Sequence record: OR142618.1
DNA length: 64,000 nucleotides
Reading direction: 5' to 3' (one strand)
Shown: piece by piece, positions 10,722-20,751 of the stretch
Layout: each line of letters begins with the position of its first letter
Position numbering within the stretch: position 1 is the stretch's first letter
The notes under the pieces: generated by a model
What the model was told of the DNA's origin: nothing
What the model saw: the letters and a program-made list of their open reading frames with translations, nothing else
Databases searched by the model: none
Translations under genes and position numbers: made by a program

Positions 10722-10982
10722 ATGTATAATAAACAACTGTCAGGAATATATACTACTACAACGATAAACTCTATGCCAGCTAGCTACTCCGGATTAACGG
10801 ATCTAGGCATGTATGATACAGAACTTTCGGTATTGAGGAAAAAGATAGAACAGATAGAAAAAATGTTGTGCATGTTAGAAGTAGATAAATTACTTTCAGA
10901 AAAATATCCTGCATTAAAATCTGCATATGACGAATACGAAGTCATATTATCTATCATAAACGGTACGGAGAAAAAAGAGTAA
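10722..10982 (+). CDS. hypothetical protein
   Basis: Operonic ORF with RBS; KYPALKSAYDEY segment. Confidence 0.65.
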   Translation: MYNKQLSGIYTTTTINSMPASYSGLTDLGMYDTELSVLRKKIEQIEKMLCMLEVDKLLSEKYPALKSAYDEYEVILSIINGTEKKE

Positions 10983-11501
10983 ATGGCAATGCGTGTCATT
11001 ATTACTGGTTGTAACGGTTATGTTGGTAAAACAGTAAGCAAATACTACTATACATTAGGATATAATGTAGTGGGATTTGATTTAATTAATTCAAAAAATA
11101 GTTACATAACTAATTTTTATCAAACTAGCTATGCATCTAGTATCGCAGAAGATATAATACTCGAGTCTGATGCAGACACGCTTATTCATTGTGCTGTAGA
11201 AAAAAGCAATACATTACAACAACATTTCTACCACAATAGTATTCAATTTATAAACTTATTATCAGTATTAAAAAATACTTCTATAAAAGAAATAATAGTA
11301 TTTAGAAATAAAAGTGCAGAAAATAATGATGCCCTTTTAAAACTCTCTAATAACACTAATAAAGACTATTTAGAAGAATTTTCTAAATCGACAGGAATTA
11401 ATTCAAAAATATATAATTTGTTAGATAAGAATAATGAACAACACATTATAGAATTAGTACAACCGTATTTAGAATTAAGTAAACACTTTTATATATTTTA
11501 A
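10983..11501 (+). CDS. truncated NAD-dependent epimerase/dehydratase-like protein
   Basis: Rossmann motif IITGCNGYVG, D.LIHCA; only 172 aa and no YxxxK seen. Confidence 0.6.
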   Translation: MAMRVIITGCNGYVGKTVSKYYYTLGYNVVGFDLINSKNSYITNFYQTSYASSIAEDIILESDADTLIHCAVEKSNTLQQHFYHNSIQFINLLSVLKNTSIKEIIVFRNKSAENNDALLKLSNNTNKDYLEEFSKSTGINSKIYNLLDKNNEQHIIELVQPYLELSKHFYIF

Positions 11502-11512
11502 GGAGATATTAT

Positions 11513-11947
11513 ATGTACGATAAAAATTTTGTATCAATGGATCAAATGCCAGTTATTGTCAGTGACTTGGTTAGTGATATAGACGAAGCAGGAATTTCTC
11601 CTAAAGTTATTATTGCTATTAGCAAAGGTGGACTAATTCCTGCCACTATGATTAGCTATTATTATGATTGCCCTATTGTAACATACGATCCGGTAGAAGA
11701 TTGTTTTAGTACAAATAATGACATAAGTTCTGAATGCATTATCGTAGATGATGTTATTGACACCGGTAATACTGTAAATTCTGTTATTTCTTTGTTAGAA
11801 GACGAATTCTTTTTTACGAAAGAAGACATTAGTAGAATTAGAGTAGCATCAATATTTGCAACAAGAAATAATACAATTGTAGATTTTTATCATGATGAAA
11901 TAAGTTACCATGATTCGGTAAGTTTTGAATTTAAACAATTTATTTAA
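11513..11947 (+). CDS. type I phosphoribosyltransferase (purine PRTase-like)
   Basis: IAISKGGLIPA and PRPP-binding IIVDDVIDTGNT. Confidence 0.85.
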   Translation: MYDKNFVSMDQMPVIVSDLVSDIDEAGISPKVIIAISKGGLIPATMISYYYDCPIVTYDPVEDCFSTNNDISSECIIVDDVIDTGNTVNSVISLLEDEFFFTKEDISRIRVASIFATRNNTIVDFYHDEISYHDSVSFEFKQFI

Positions 11948-12017
11948 TATAAAGTTATTCTTTACTTTTAGTATGATTGCGTTTATAATGTATATTATAA
12001 AATAAAGCGGATTATGT

Positions 12018-12890
12018 ATGAAACACAGATATACTGAAAAGTTTTTCTCAGTCCAGGGAGAAAGCCTACATACCGGAAAATTATGCACTTGGCTTAGATT
12101 TTTCGGATGTTCGTTGCAATGTAGGGGCTTTGGACAAAAAGAACCTGGAAATCCCGAAACATGGGTAGAACAACGACCGGATTTAATAGATGTAACAAAC
12201 ATTACAGATTATAAACAATTACCGACTCCTAAGTATGGATGTGATTCAGACTATTCTGTATTTGCTAAATTTAAACATCTTGCAACAGAAGTCGATCCTG
12301 TTGTAGTTGCAAATGAAATAAAACAATTAATTCCTAGTAAAACATTTGGTAAAAAAATAGGTCATGTATTTACGGGCGGAGAACCGTTAGTAAACCAAGA
12401 ATCTATAGTAGATATAGTAAATTATTGGATAGATACTAATGATTATCCTGCATGGATAGGAATAGAAACAAATACAACTAGACCGTTAGAAAAATGCTTA
12501 ATCGATTTAGTTAACAGATGCAAATCGATCGGTGTGCAATTTTATTTTTCTATGTCACCTAAACTACTTCATGTAGCAGGTGAACAACCCAAACGAGCTA
12601 TCCATATAAATTTAATGAAGGAATATATAGATATTGCACCGGATAGCTATCTAAAATTTGTAGTAAATGAAGATCAGCGATCGTGGGATCAAGCAAAAAG
12701 TATAGTAGACACATTAAATGCTGATGGGTATTTACCGGATGTGTGGGTTATGCCAGTCGGAGGCATTTATTCCCAACAAACAGACCCTGTAATTGGAAGA
12801 CTTGCAGATAAAGCTATCTTCGAATACGAATGGAATGTTAGTTTGCGTGTTCACGTATTAACCTGGGGTGACGATCAACTAGGTAGGTAA
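12018..12890 (+). CDS. queE: 7-carboxy-7-deazaguanine synthase (radical SAM)
   Basis: EKFFSVQGE...G....LRFFGCSLQC...CDS, FTGGEPL, IETN, SPKL, LKFVV, V.VMP.G, RVHV..WG. Confidence 0.85.
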   Translation: MKHRYTEKFFSVQGESLHTGKLCTWLRFFGCSLQCRGFGQKEPGNPETWVEQRPDLIDVTNITDYKQLPTPKYGCDSDYSVFAKFKHLATEVDPVVVANEIKQLIPSKTFGKKIGHVFTGGEPLVNQESIVDIVNYWIDTNDYPAWIGIETNTTRPLEKCLIDLVNRCKSIGVQFYFSMSPKLLHVAGEQPKRAIHINLMKEYIDIAPDSYLKFVVNEDQRSWDQAKSIVDTLNADGYLPDVWVMPVGGIYSQQTDPVIGRLADKAIFEYEWNVSLRVHVLTWGDDQLGR

Positions 12891-12894
12891 AATC

Positions 12895-13314
12895 ATGAAC
12901 CGTATTATCCTTTCTGTAGCGTTTAGTTTAATATCGTTGCATGCAGTATGCGGAGAAAATAAATCCCATATAAATCCGTATCTTCATGGAAAATGCGTCG
13001 GGATGGTTACTAAACTCTCTGAATACGCAAATACCGAAGTATTAACTTTAAAATTGTATAATATAGGTCAGGTACTTCATGCATACGGCAAATACACTGC
13101 ACTAAAATCGAATAATGCAGATACAGCACTGTATGATCAAGGATTAGTTGACGGAAGAGAAACAGTTTCTAAAAATATAGAAAATAACAATTTTAATGTT
13201 TTAGTAAAATATTATGAAGATAATTGTCTAGAAATATTTTACAAATCTGCAGACTGGTTATATCATAATAACATACATCAGTTCAATAAATTAACGGATA
13301 TTTTTAATAAATGA
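12895..13314 (+). CDS. hypothetical protein with N-terminal signal-like segment
   Basis: Hydrophobic N-terminus, operonic. Confidence 0.55.
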   Translation: MNRIILSVAFSLISLHAVCGENKSHINPYLHGKCVGMVTKLSEYANTEVLTLKLYNIGQVLHAYGKYTALKSNNADTALYDQGLVDGRETVSKNIENNNFNVLVKYYEDNCLEIFYKSADWLYHNNIHQFNKLTDIFNK

Positions 13315-13922
13315 AAAAAAGATTATTTCCATTTTGGTTATGGCCATATAGCTGGGGATTACCTGCTAAACAGAAAGCTATTGCAAAAGCAGAGTATTAT
13401 CTCGAAGGAGAAGAATTAGATAGGGAATTAGTAGCACTATCGAATACAACAAGCAAAGCCAAAGAAATTGAATTATTACATATTGATTTTAAATATGGTA
13501 AAATAACAGAATACGAATACGATGTTGCTTTAGCTAAAACTCAATACGATCCGGGTCTGGCTTTAGACTTAAAATTAGCTGATATAGATTTAAAGCATCA
13601 TAAAATAAATGAAAGGGAACATAGCAAACGAATTGCTACCTTAAGAAAGTTACCTTGGGTAGATATAATAAAGATAGGCTTGTCTTCTTCTGATATTTCG
13701 ACAGGAGAAATGGAATTAGACTGGAATGAATATTTTATAGAAGAATTGCACGAATACGGATATGTAGGTAGGACTGATGAAGAAGTAGTAAATTTATGGT
13801 TATCTACTTTATGTAAAAATATCGCATTAGACGAATTTGGTGGAATGGGATCTGTAGACGATCTTTCAGAAGATAATGACAAAATAGATAGCAAAGAAAA
13901 CTATAAAAGGGAATTTAAGTAA
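13311..13922 (+). CDS. conserved hypothetical protein
   Basis: ATGA overlap; acidic C-terminus ELDWNEYFIEEL..GY.G. Confidence 0.75.
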   Translation: MKKRLFPFWLWPYSWGLPAKQKAIAKAEYYLEGEELDRELVALSNTTSKAKEIELLHIDFKYGKITEYEYDVALAKTQYDPGLALDLKLADIDLKHHKINEREHSKRIATLRKLPWVDIIKIGLSSSDISTGEMELDWNEYFIEELHEYGYVGRTDEEVVNLWLSTLCKNIALDEFGGMGSVDDLSEDNDKIDSKENYKREFK

Positions 13923-14908
13923 TGTCTAAAACTTATATTTTAATCGATACATTCAACATGTTTCATAGAGCAAAACATGTAATCAGGTCCTCCTCATTAG
14001 ATGAAAAAGTAGGCATGTGTCTTCATGTAATGTTTAACAGTATACGCAAAGTATACAGAGACCATTCTGCAGATCATGCTGTGTTTTGCATAGAAGGCAA
14101 ATCTTGGCGGAAGGACTTTTATAAAGAATATAAGTTCAACCGAACAGCAGCTAGAATGGCAAGAACAGAAGCTGAAATCGAAGAAGATGCTGCTTTAATG
14201 GAAGCATATAACGATTTAATTACGTTCATTAATGATAAAACAAATTCTAGCGTACTACATCACCATAAAGCAGAAGCAGATGATATGATAGCTACTTGGA
14301 TTCAAAATAATCCAAATGATAATCATATTATTGTTAGTTCAGACAGCGATTTTTTCCAGCTATTAGCACCTAACGTTAAAATATATAATGGAATTACAGA
14401 ACAACTAATTACATTAGAAGGTTTCTTTGATAATAAAGGCAAACCTGTAATTGATAATAAAACAAAGAAACCAAAAGTGGCTCCTGATCCTAAATGGTTA
14501 TTATTTGAAAAATGCATTAGGGGAGATAAATCTGATTTTATTTTTGCGGCGTATCCAGGTGCAAGAGAAACTAGTTCTAAAAATAAAGTAGGCATGCGTG
14601 AAGTATTTGCCGATATGGATAATAAAGGTTACGCATGGAATAATTTTATGTTGACAAAAATTACAGATTCTGCTGGTAATGAATTTGTTGTTCACGATAA
14701 GTACGAATTTAACAAAACATTAATTGACTTAACTTGTCAGCCAGATGATCTAAAAACAGAATTTAAAACAGTCGCAGATGTGGCTCGTAATAAACCTCCC
14801 GTATCTAACGTAGGCATCCATTTTTTAAAATTCTGTAATAGATGGGCACTAGAGCAAATCTCTAAATATCCGGACGAATTTGCAAAACTTCTTAATGCTA
14901 AACCATAA
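13922..14908 (+). CDS. rnh: 5'-3' exonuclease / T4 RNase H (FEN family)
   Basis: LID..N, EG.SWRK..Y.EYK.NR, AEADD, SSDSDFFQL, IRGDKSD. Confidence 0.9.
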   Translation: MSKTYILIDTFNMFHRAKHVIRSSSLDEKVGMCLHVMFNSIRKVYRDHSADHAVFCIEGKSWRKDFYKEYKFNRTAARMARTEAEIEEDAALMEAYNDLITFINDKTNSSVLHHHKAEADDMIATWIQNNPNDNHIIVSSDSDFFQLLAPNVKIYNGITEQLITLEGFFDNKGKPVIDNKTKKPKVAPDPKWLLFEKCIRGDKSDFIFAAYPGARETSSKNKVGMREVFADMDNKGYAWNNFMLTKITDSAGNEFVVHDKYEFNKTLIDLTCQPDDLKTEFKTVADVARNKPPVSNVGIHFLKFCNRWALEQISKYPDEFAKLLNAKP

Positions 14909-14910
14909 TT

Positions 14911-15369
14911 ATGAAATTAAAATCATTAACTGAAACTTCGTGGATTGTGTTAGACAACCAGGGCGATAAAGTAGGTATACTTACTAGAACCAAAGAAAAG
15001 CTCAATCTAATGACTCCTGGCGGATCTATGTTATTCGATACGCAAGATGATGCAAATACATTCTTCGGTGAAGATATATTCAGTAATATAGTATATGTTA
15101 GCAAAACAGAAGAAGTGTTCGAATTAGATGGATGGCCAGTATCTACTGCTAACCCTGTTAGGGCACAATCAGTAAATAATCTTCCTTGTTACACTAAAAC
15201 AGAGGGAGGAAAATCAATACACTGTGCCGGATATTATAGTATTAAATTTCCTGGATCATATATAAACAGTTTTTGTCCTAAACTTTCTACATTAGAAAAA
15301 TACGAGTTTAGTGGACCTTTCAAAACTGAACTCGAAGCAAGAGCAACAACCAGTATTAATAAAAAATAA
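14911..15369 (+). CDS. conserved hypothetical protein
   Basis: Operonic ORF; CAGYY.IKF....FCPKL..LE.Y. Confidence 0.7.
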   Translation: MKLKSLTETSWIVLDNQGDKVGILTRTKEKLNLMTPGGSMLFDTQDDANTFFGEDIFSNIVYVSKTEEVFELDGWPVSTANPVRAQSVNNLPCYTKTEGGKSIHCAGYYSIKFPGSYINSFCPKLSTLEKYEFSGPFKTELEARATTSINKK

Positions 15370-15380
15370 GGAAAATAAAA

Positions 15381-15671
15381 ATGCTCGATAACTATGAACT
15401 ATTAGCAAAACAAGAATTAGAATCTATGTATAAAAACGTAGTATATGATTTAGGTGCCGACATTCCCACGACATTCTTTAATATTAAGTTATCCGAGCAC
15501 ATAGTTCCTAACTCAGAAGCAAATAGAACATTTATAAACAAATATACTAACTTAGTGCATGGTGAATGTATGGAATTAGTTTGGTATAGGGCAGTTTGTA
15601 CAACAGATTCCAAAACAAATAATCTAGTTGTATTAAAATTAGAACGTTGCAGTTCTTATCAGGAAATTTAA
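15381..15671 (+). CDS. hypothetical protein
   Basis: AAGGA RBS, operonic. Confidence 0.6.
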   Translation: MLDNYELLAKQELESMYKNVVYDLGADIPTTFFNIKLSEHIVPNSEANRTFINKYTNLVHGECMELVWYRAVCTTDSKTNNLVVLKLERCSSYQEI

Positions 15672-15673
15672 TT

Positions 15674-16219
15674 ATGAACAGAAGAAGTTATGATCCCGAT
15701 TTGTTTAAACAAATAGAAGAAGACGTAGACTGTTATGTGTTTAAACACGAAATATTTAAAGATATCTATTTGTTTATGGATGGTTGGGGTCAAAGTCACA
15801 GAACAAACGGTCCTGCTCTTATAATTCCTAATGTATGCGAAGTTTGGTATAATCATGGAAAGATACACAGGGATAACGGTCCTGCATTTTTTGAAATTAC
15901 AAAAGACAATGAAGTTAGATATTGTTGGGTTTTAGATAACAATATAATTTCATGCAAGGATCAATACGATAACGTATTAGGCACAGAAGCATATGGTGCT
16001 TGGGTAGAAGCAACATTAATAAATCATCCTAATTTTTTGGTATTTAATACTAACTATGTAACTCATGATTATGTATCTACTGCAAAGAATAAGTATATGC
16101 TCGGAGCTACTGATATGAAAGAAGATAATTCTAAATGGGCACAGTTGGGTTCGCAACACGATATATATAAAAATTTTAAACCAATTTGGATGTCGGAAGA
16201 AGAATGGATCAATAGCTAA
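15674..16219 (+). CDS. hypothetical protein with HRx(D/N)GPA repeats
   Basis: HRTNGPALI and HRDNGPAFF repeats. Confidence 0.65.
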   Translation: MNRRSYDPDLFKQIEEDVDCYVFKHEIFKDIYLFMDGWGQSHRTNGPALIIPNVCEVWYNHGKIHRDNGPAFFEITKDNEVRYCWVLDNNIISCKDQYDNVLGTEAYGAWVEATLINHPNFLVFNTNYVTHDYVSTAKNKYMLGATDMKEDNSKWAQLGSQHDIYKNFKPIWMSEEEWINS

Positions 16220-16221
16220 TA

Positions 16222-16422
16222 ATGACGTTAGTAGTATTGTACATAATAATCCAATCTATTTTAGTAGGTATACTGCATCATTTAGCTATAAGAAATCTTG
16301 TATTAAAAGAAAATTGGTTATGTGTATTTATACTATCGACTATATTATGGATATTATGGCCTATAGGTTATCTAATATCATGTATATACGCAATGTATAT
16401 TAAATATAAAAACCCTGTATAG
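16222..16422 (+). CDS. small membrane protein
   Basis: Two hydrophobic segments. Confidence 0.55.
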   Translation: MTLVVLYIIIQSILVGILHHLAIRNLVLKENWLCVFILSTILWILWPIGYLISCIYAMYIKYKNPV

Positions 16423-16438
16423 ACTATACAGGGTTTTT
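16408..16438. terminator. bidirectional intrinsic terminator
   Basis: aaaaaccctgtata-gac-tatacagggttttt. Confidence 0.75.
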
Positions 16439-16498
16439 ATATACCCAGTAAATTATAAAATCAGATAAATAATACGATGGCTATTACTGGAGATATAT

Positions 16499-16792
16499 AT
16501 GGCACGTCCAAAACCTACTATCCTTGTTGAACATGTAGATCCAAAAACATATAAATCTGAGCAAATACTCGAAGCTGAAGCTGTGTTTGCTGTATTTTAT
16601 AAAGGCGAGCCTATCAATATACGGTCACAGAGTGCATTGATAGATTATGCTCCTAAATATAAGAAATCTACATTTGTTAACCCGGGCCATGCACTTAATT
16701 TGGCTGAACGTTTAAATGAAATGTTTAAATGCACTGACTTTACTGTTCATAAATTAATTGCAGGAGAAAAATACACCGGTGAAGAATACTAA
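16499..16792 (+). CDS. conserved hypothetical protein (likely late)
   Basis: GGAG RBS; GATAAATA motif at 16464. Confidence 0.75.
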   Translation: MARPKPTILVEHVDPKTYKSEQILEAEAVFAVFYKGEPINIRSQSALIDYAPKYKKSTFVNPGHALNLAERLNEMFKCTDFTVHKLIAGEKYTGEEY

Positions 16793-17129
16793 GCTTAGAG
16801 ATTCAATTTTCTCTTATTTAAGAGAAAATAACGAATCTTTAACTGAGTTAACAGATATAGAACTTAATCGTTTTATATTTGCACACCCTTCTAGTTTTAG
16901 ACTGTCGTATGATGGTCTAAAACTATTTTCAAAACTATTCACTTCTTATACCTACCATATAGATTTTAAAATAACTTTCAGACAAAGATTGCTATTAGGT
17001 AGGCATCTAAAATTTCCTTATTATTTTAGTGATAAAAGATTAATATTGTTTTCATACGACGATTCTTTATATTTAAATTTAATAGGCGATATAAAGCTCT
17101 GGTTAGAATCGTTCGAACATAGTGTTTGA
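16758..17129 (+). CDS. hypothetical protein
   Basis: Operonic; the true start may be GTG near 16779. Confidence 0.65.
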   Translation: MQEKNTPVKNTKLRDSIFSYLRENNESLTELTDIELNRFIFAHPSSFRLSYDGLKLFSKLFTSYTYHIDFKITFRQRLLLGRHLKFPYYFSDKRLILFSYDDSLYLNLIGDIKLWLESFEHSV

Positions 17130-17154
17130 CATATTTTAAATACTTTTATAAAAT
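17126..17154 (+). promoter_or_regulatory. sigma70-like promoter
   Basis: TTGACA-N17-TAAAAT. Confidence 0.65.
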
Positions 17155-17183
17155 TACAGTATATAAAGTGCTGTAAAATTGTC

Positions 17184-17558
17184 ATGAAAAAATCTAAATC
17201 TATCACTAGAGCCGAAAACAAAAAACATCAACAATATATAACTAATATGAAATTAGGTGGCAATCCTAATAAGTACGGTAAATCTAATACTTATAAAAAA
17301 CCTAATATAGAACTAAGTCCTAGTATACCTGCATGGGCTACTACACTATCAGAATACAAAAGCATAGAAACAAATAAACCTATAAACAATGCTATTCCAG
17401 TCAAATATGAAGACGAATTTGCAATAAGAGAAGAAATTGCATTAAAAGAAAAAGAACGTAAAAAACAATTTGTTGCAGTAGCTTACAACAAGGGCGGATA
17501 TGTATATTTAGGTGAAAATCCACCCGATGAAATTGTTAAATCAATTGGCAAAAAGTAA
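17184..17558 (+). CDS. basic hypothetical protein
   Basis: ORF downstream of the promoter; C-terminal AVAYNKGGYVY. Confidence 0.65.
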   Translation: MKKSKSITRAENKKHQQYITNMKLGGNPNKYGKSNTYKKPNIELSPSIPAWATTLSEYKSIETNKPINNAIPVKYEDEFAIREEIALKEKERKKQFVAVAYNKGGYVYLGENPPDEIVKSIGKK

Positions 17559-17568
17559 AGGAACATTT

Positions 17569-17877
17569 ATGTTCTGCACACTACTAAACTTCTTTAAAAA
17601 AGATGTAAAGGTATATGCTGTAGTGGTACTTGCTCCTGGCTTAATTTGTTATCTAAGCAAGTTAAATAATTTCGATTTAAAGATGGCAACAAGAATTTCT
17701 GGTTCAAAATATAAATTAGACGAAAAATTAATCGAAATAATTACTAAAGAAGATGCCACATTAAAAATGATATCGGGAGAAATTACTAAAGATGGTAAAA
17801 ACTATGTTCGCTTTGTAGAAATACCAGATCGTCTTAGACAAGTATTAAAATACCATTACATCGCAAATGTGATTTAA
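17569..17877 (+). CDS. hypothetical protein
   Basis: AGGA RBS before ATG 17569. Confidence 0.6.
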   Translation: MFCTLLNFFKKDVKVYAVVVLAPGLICYLSKLNNFDLKMATRISGSKYKLDEKLIEIITKEDATLKMISGEITKDGKNYVRFVEIPDRLRQVLKYHYIANVI

Positions 17878-17900
17878 TAGAAAAATATCTAAAAAGGAAC

Positions 17901-18452
17901 ATGAATAGTATAAAAATGAAATATTACACTAAATGGTTTTTGATGACACACAGAAATAAAATGTATGATTTTAAGAATCTATCATTTTATATATTACTAG
18001 TAGGAAATGTAGTTTTTAATCCTATTATAGCGAGTTTCTTAATTATTCTCAAAATAATGCAATTATTGCAAAATAAACCAGAATATTTAGATACTATCCC
18101 TGTGCTTAATGAAGTATTTTATATGTTTGTTGCTGAGTTAGTTTCTATATCTTATCGGTTTATAAATAAAACACCCGATTATGAAATATTTCATTCTTCG
18201 TTTAACAAAAGAAAACCAAAACAACATAAAAATAATACATGCAAAAAAAGAAATGATTGTCTTAACGGGGGAGAAGAAATTAGCAATAAAAGATCATCAT
18301 TTTATAATACAGGTGTTAAACTATATAAAGACAGCAAAGATAAAAGAAAACGATATGCTTATCCTAGGCAATCCGGTCCGCATGGCTGCCGCTGGTATCC
18401 TACATTTAGACTTCCTAAATATTTTAAGAGAAAAAAGAAAAAAGGGCTATAA
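17901..18452 (+). CDS. membrane-anchored protein with basic C-terminus
   Basis: AAGGA RBS; hydrophobic residues ~28-55; Lys/Arg-rich tail; terminator 18438-18464. Confidence 0.55.
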   Translation: MNSIKMKYYTKWFLMTHRNKMYDFKNLSFYILLVGNVVFNPIIASFLIILKIMQLLQNKPEYLDTIPVLNEVFYMFVAELVSISYRFINKTPDYEIFHSSFNKRKPKQHKNNTCKKRNDCLNGGEEISNKRSSFYNTGVKLYKDSKDKRKRYAYPRQSGPHGCRWYPTFRLPKYFKRKKKKGL

Positions 18453-18655
18453 TTGCCCTTTTTTAATGATTAAAAAAATTACGTTTTACTATGTTGACTA
18501 ACTATATAGTTATTTGCTTTAATAACATCCTGCTTTGCAAAACAACAAATAATAGCATTCATAAAAATTGTTAATTATGTGTTGTTTTAAAAGCTACAAG
18601 CTGTAAAATGTAGGTGTTAAACAGCAAAACATATTCAACCACAGAGGCATTATAG

Positions 18656-19771
18656 ATGGCTAAAAAAGAAAACATCGTAGAAACGTATCTTCGTCCGACG
18701 GAGTGTGCTGCAATTATCCGCGGCATGTTCAAGGCGAAGCGTCCTGTGTTCCTCTGGGGTCCGCCGGGGGTAGGCAAGTCGGATATCATCGCCCAGTTGG
18801 GTTTCGAGGCTGACCGACCGGTCATCGACATGCGTCTGATCCTCATGGATCCCACTGATATCAAGGGCATTCCGTACTACGATCCGAAAACCAATACCAT
18901 GCGCTGGGCTATTCCGTCCGATCTTCCGCAACCCGGCGAAACTACCCTGGACAACGCCATCTTGTTCCTGGACGAAATGAACTCGGCGCCGGCGAGCGTT
19001 CAGGGCGCTGCATATCAGCTTATCCTGAACCGTGCCATCGGTTCGTATAAGCTGCCCGATGGCGTCGACATTGTCGCTGCTGGTAACCGCGATACCGACA
19101 AGGGCGTTACTTATCGTATGCCTAGTCCGTTGGCCAACCGTTTCGTTCACTTGCAGATCGAAACCAACTTCGAGGACTGGCAGCAGTGGGCGCTTAACAA
19201 CACGGTACACCCGGATGTAGTCGGCTACCTCACTCAGCACAAGCAGAACCTGTTCTGCTTCGATCCCCAAGATCGTAGCAAGGCGTTTGCTACTCCGCGA
19301 GCCTGGAAGTTCGTGTCCGACATCCTCCAGCTCGCAGGAATCAACAAGGACCACCTGCTACGTGCGACTATCGCAGGAACCGTCGGCGAAAGTCACAGCT
19401 ACTCCTTCATGCAGCACATGAAGTATGCTTCGCAGCTTCCGAAGCCGGAAGATGTACTAACCGGCCGGGTAACCGATCTCAAAGTCGAAGAGATCAGTGC
19501 TCGTTACTCGCTTGTGGTCAGTATGTGCTACACTTTAAAAGAGTGGCTGGCTGACGTAGCTGACGCTGACAAAAAGTACACTACCGAGGATTGGCACAAG
19601 TCGGTAAACTTGTTCTTCGAGTACATGATGAACAACTTTGCCCAAGAAATGGTCATCCTCGGCGCGCGTACTGCGTTGCGCGAATACCAACTGCCGATCA
19701 ACAGAAAGTTGATCCCTTGCTTCACTAAGTTCTTCCAAGAGTACGGCAAGTTTATTGTCGACTCGAACTAA
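18656..19771 (+). CDS. MoxR-family AAA+ ATPase
   Basis: WGPPGVGKS, LFLDEMN, AAGNR, M.SPLANRF, TPRAW; high-GC host-like codons. Confidence 0.9.
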   Translation: MAKKENIVETYLRPTECAAIIRGMFKAKRPVFLWGPPGVGKSDIIAQLGFEADRPVIDMRLILMDPTDIKGIPYYDPKTNTMRWAIPSDLPQPGETTLDNAILFLDEMNSAPASVQGAAYQLILNRAIGSYKLPDGVDIVAAGNRDTDKGVTYRMPSPLANRFVHLQIETNFEDWQQWALNNTVHPDVVGYLTQHKQNLFCFDPQDRSKAFATPRAWKFVSDILQLAGINKDHLLRATIAGTVGESHSYSFMQHMKYASQLPKPEDVLTGRVTDLKVEEISARYSLVVSMCYTLKEWLADVADADKKYTTEDWHKSVNLFFEYMMNNFAQEMVILGARTALREYQLPINRKLIPCFTKFFQEYGKFIVDSN

Positions 19772-19779
19772 GTAAGGGC

Positions 19780-19812
19780 AAAATAAAAGGGGCTTAAAGC
19801 CCCTTTTATTTT
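19780..19812. terminator. bidirectional intrinsic terminator
   Basis: aaaataaaaggggc-ttaaa-gccccttttatttt. Confidence 0.8.
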
Positions 19813-19840
19813 ATATATTAATAGGATACAGAATTATAGA

Positions 19841-20296
19841 ATGAGAACACTAACTTCATCTTTGTTTGTCATTATATTGACAATAGTAAATATCCTTTCT
19901 GTAATATATATGTATGTTACTAATGTGCCATTAATTTATATGCTTGTTGCATTTCCTAATCAGTGTATTATATCATTAATTTCCTGTGTATACAGAAAAA
20001 TCATAGCAGAATTTTTTTATATAAAGAGATTTAGTTTTTATAAACTAGAAGTCGTTTTAGATAAGCAAAGAGGGAGCTCAACAAAATATATTTTAAAATT
20101 AAATGTATTAGGCGAAACATATTATTTCGATTTTCATGACAATTCTTTTTGCTGTCTTCCTATTTATGCAAATTTATATACTAATTCAGAATCATTGGCA
20201 CTTAACACATTCCAAAGGTATGAAGACCAAGCTGAGCTATATAAAAAGAGCAGCGCCATTACTACTGTAATAAAATCTAGTAAAGGTACTAAGTAG
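19841..20296 (+). CDS. membrane protein (paralog family member 1)
   Basis: Two N-terminal TM segments and a soluble C-domain similar to 20298..20750. Confidence 0.6.
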   Translation: MRTLTSSLFVIILTIVNILSVIYMYVTNVPLIYMLVAFPNQCIISLISCVYRKIIAEFFYIKRFSFYKLEVVLDKQRGSSTKYILKLNVLGETYYFDFHDNSFCCLPIYANLYTNSESLALNTFQRYEDQAELYKKSSAITTVIKSSKGTK

Positions 20297-20297
20297 T

Positions 20298-20750
20298 ATG
20301 AGACTTCCGTTCAGTAACATATGTTTAATATTAATACCTTTATTTGCTGTATTGATTACTATATGTATTATTCTAGAATACCAAGAACATGTCGTACTGG
20401 CACTAGTAATAATACCTTTAATAGTATGTGTACTGTCTGTCAGTATATGCGGGATTGCGATATTGTTTTATTTGATGATTCTCTGCGAAATATCGGAAAA
20501 TAAATATTTTACTTCATTCGAAATAGAAGCTATAAAAAGAAAAGGTAAACCTACATTATATTTTATAAAAAAGATATGGCTGTCCGAAATATTTTATTTT
20601 AATATAAAACAAAATAGATTTTCTATAAGAAGACATATAGATAGTTCGTATGATTCATTGGAAGAAGCACTAAAAGAAATAGAACATATATATAAACAAT
20701 ACACAGAGACAGAATATAATAAAGTTGTGTTTAAAAAAGGAAAAAATTAA
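20298..20750 (+). CDS. membrane protein (paralog family member 2)
   Basis: Two N-terminal TM segments; YF.F...FS....Y.S.EEAL. Confidence 0.6.
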   Translation: MRLPFSNICLILIPLFAVLITICIILEYQEHVVLALVIIPLIVCVLSVSICGIAILFYLMILCEISENKYFTSFEIEAIKRKGKPTLYFIKKIWLSEIFYFNIKQNRFSIRRHIDSSYDSLEEALKEIEHIYKQYTETEYNKVVFKKGKN

Positions 20751-20751
20751 T

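Noticed and set aside
18181-18501. Second same-strand ORF overlapping 17901..18452
   Set aside because: No RBS; the 17901 frame has an RBS and ends in the terminator.
18650-19354. 234-aa minus-strand ORF (also 39866..40375, 19528..19749, 22753..22998)
   Set aside because: Antisense shadows of high-GC, codon-biased plus-strand genes; no RBS or motifs.
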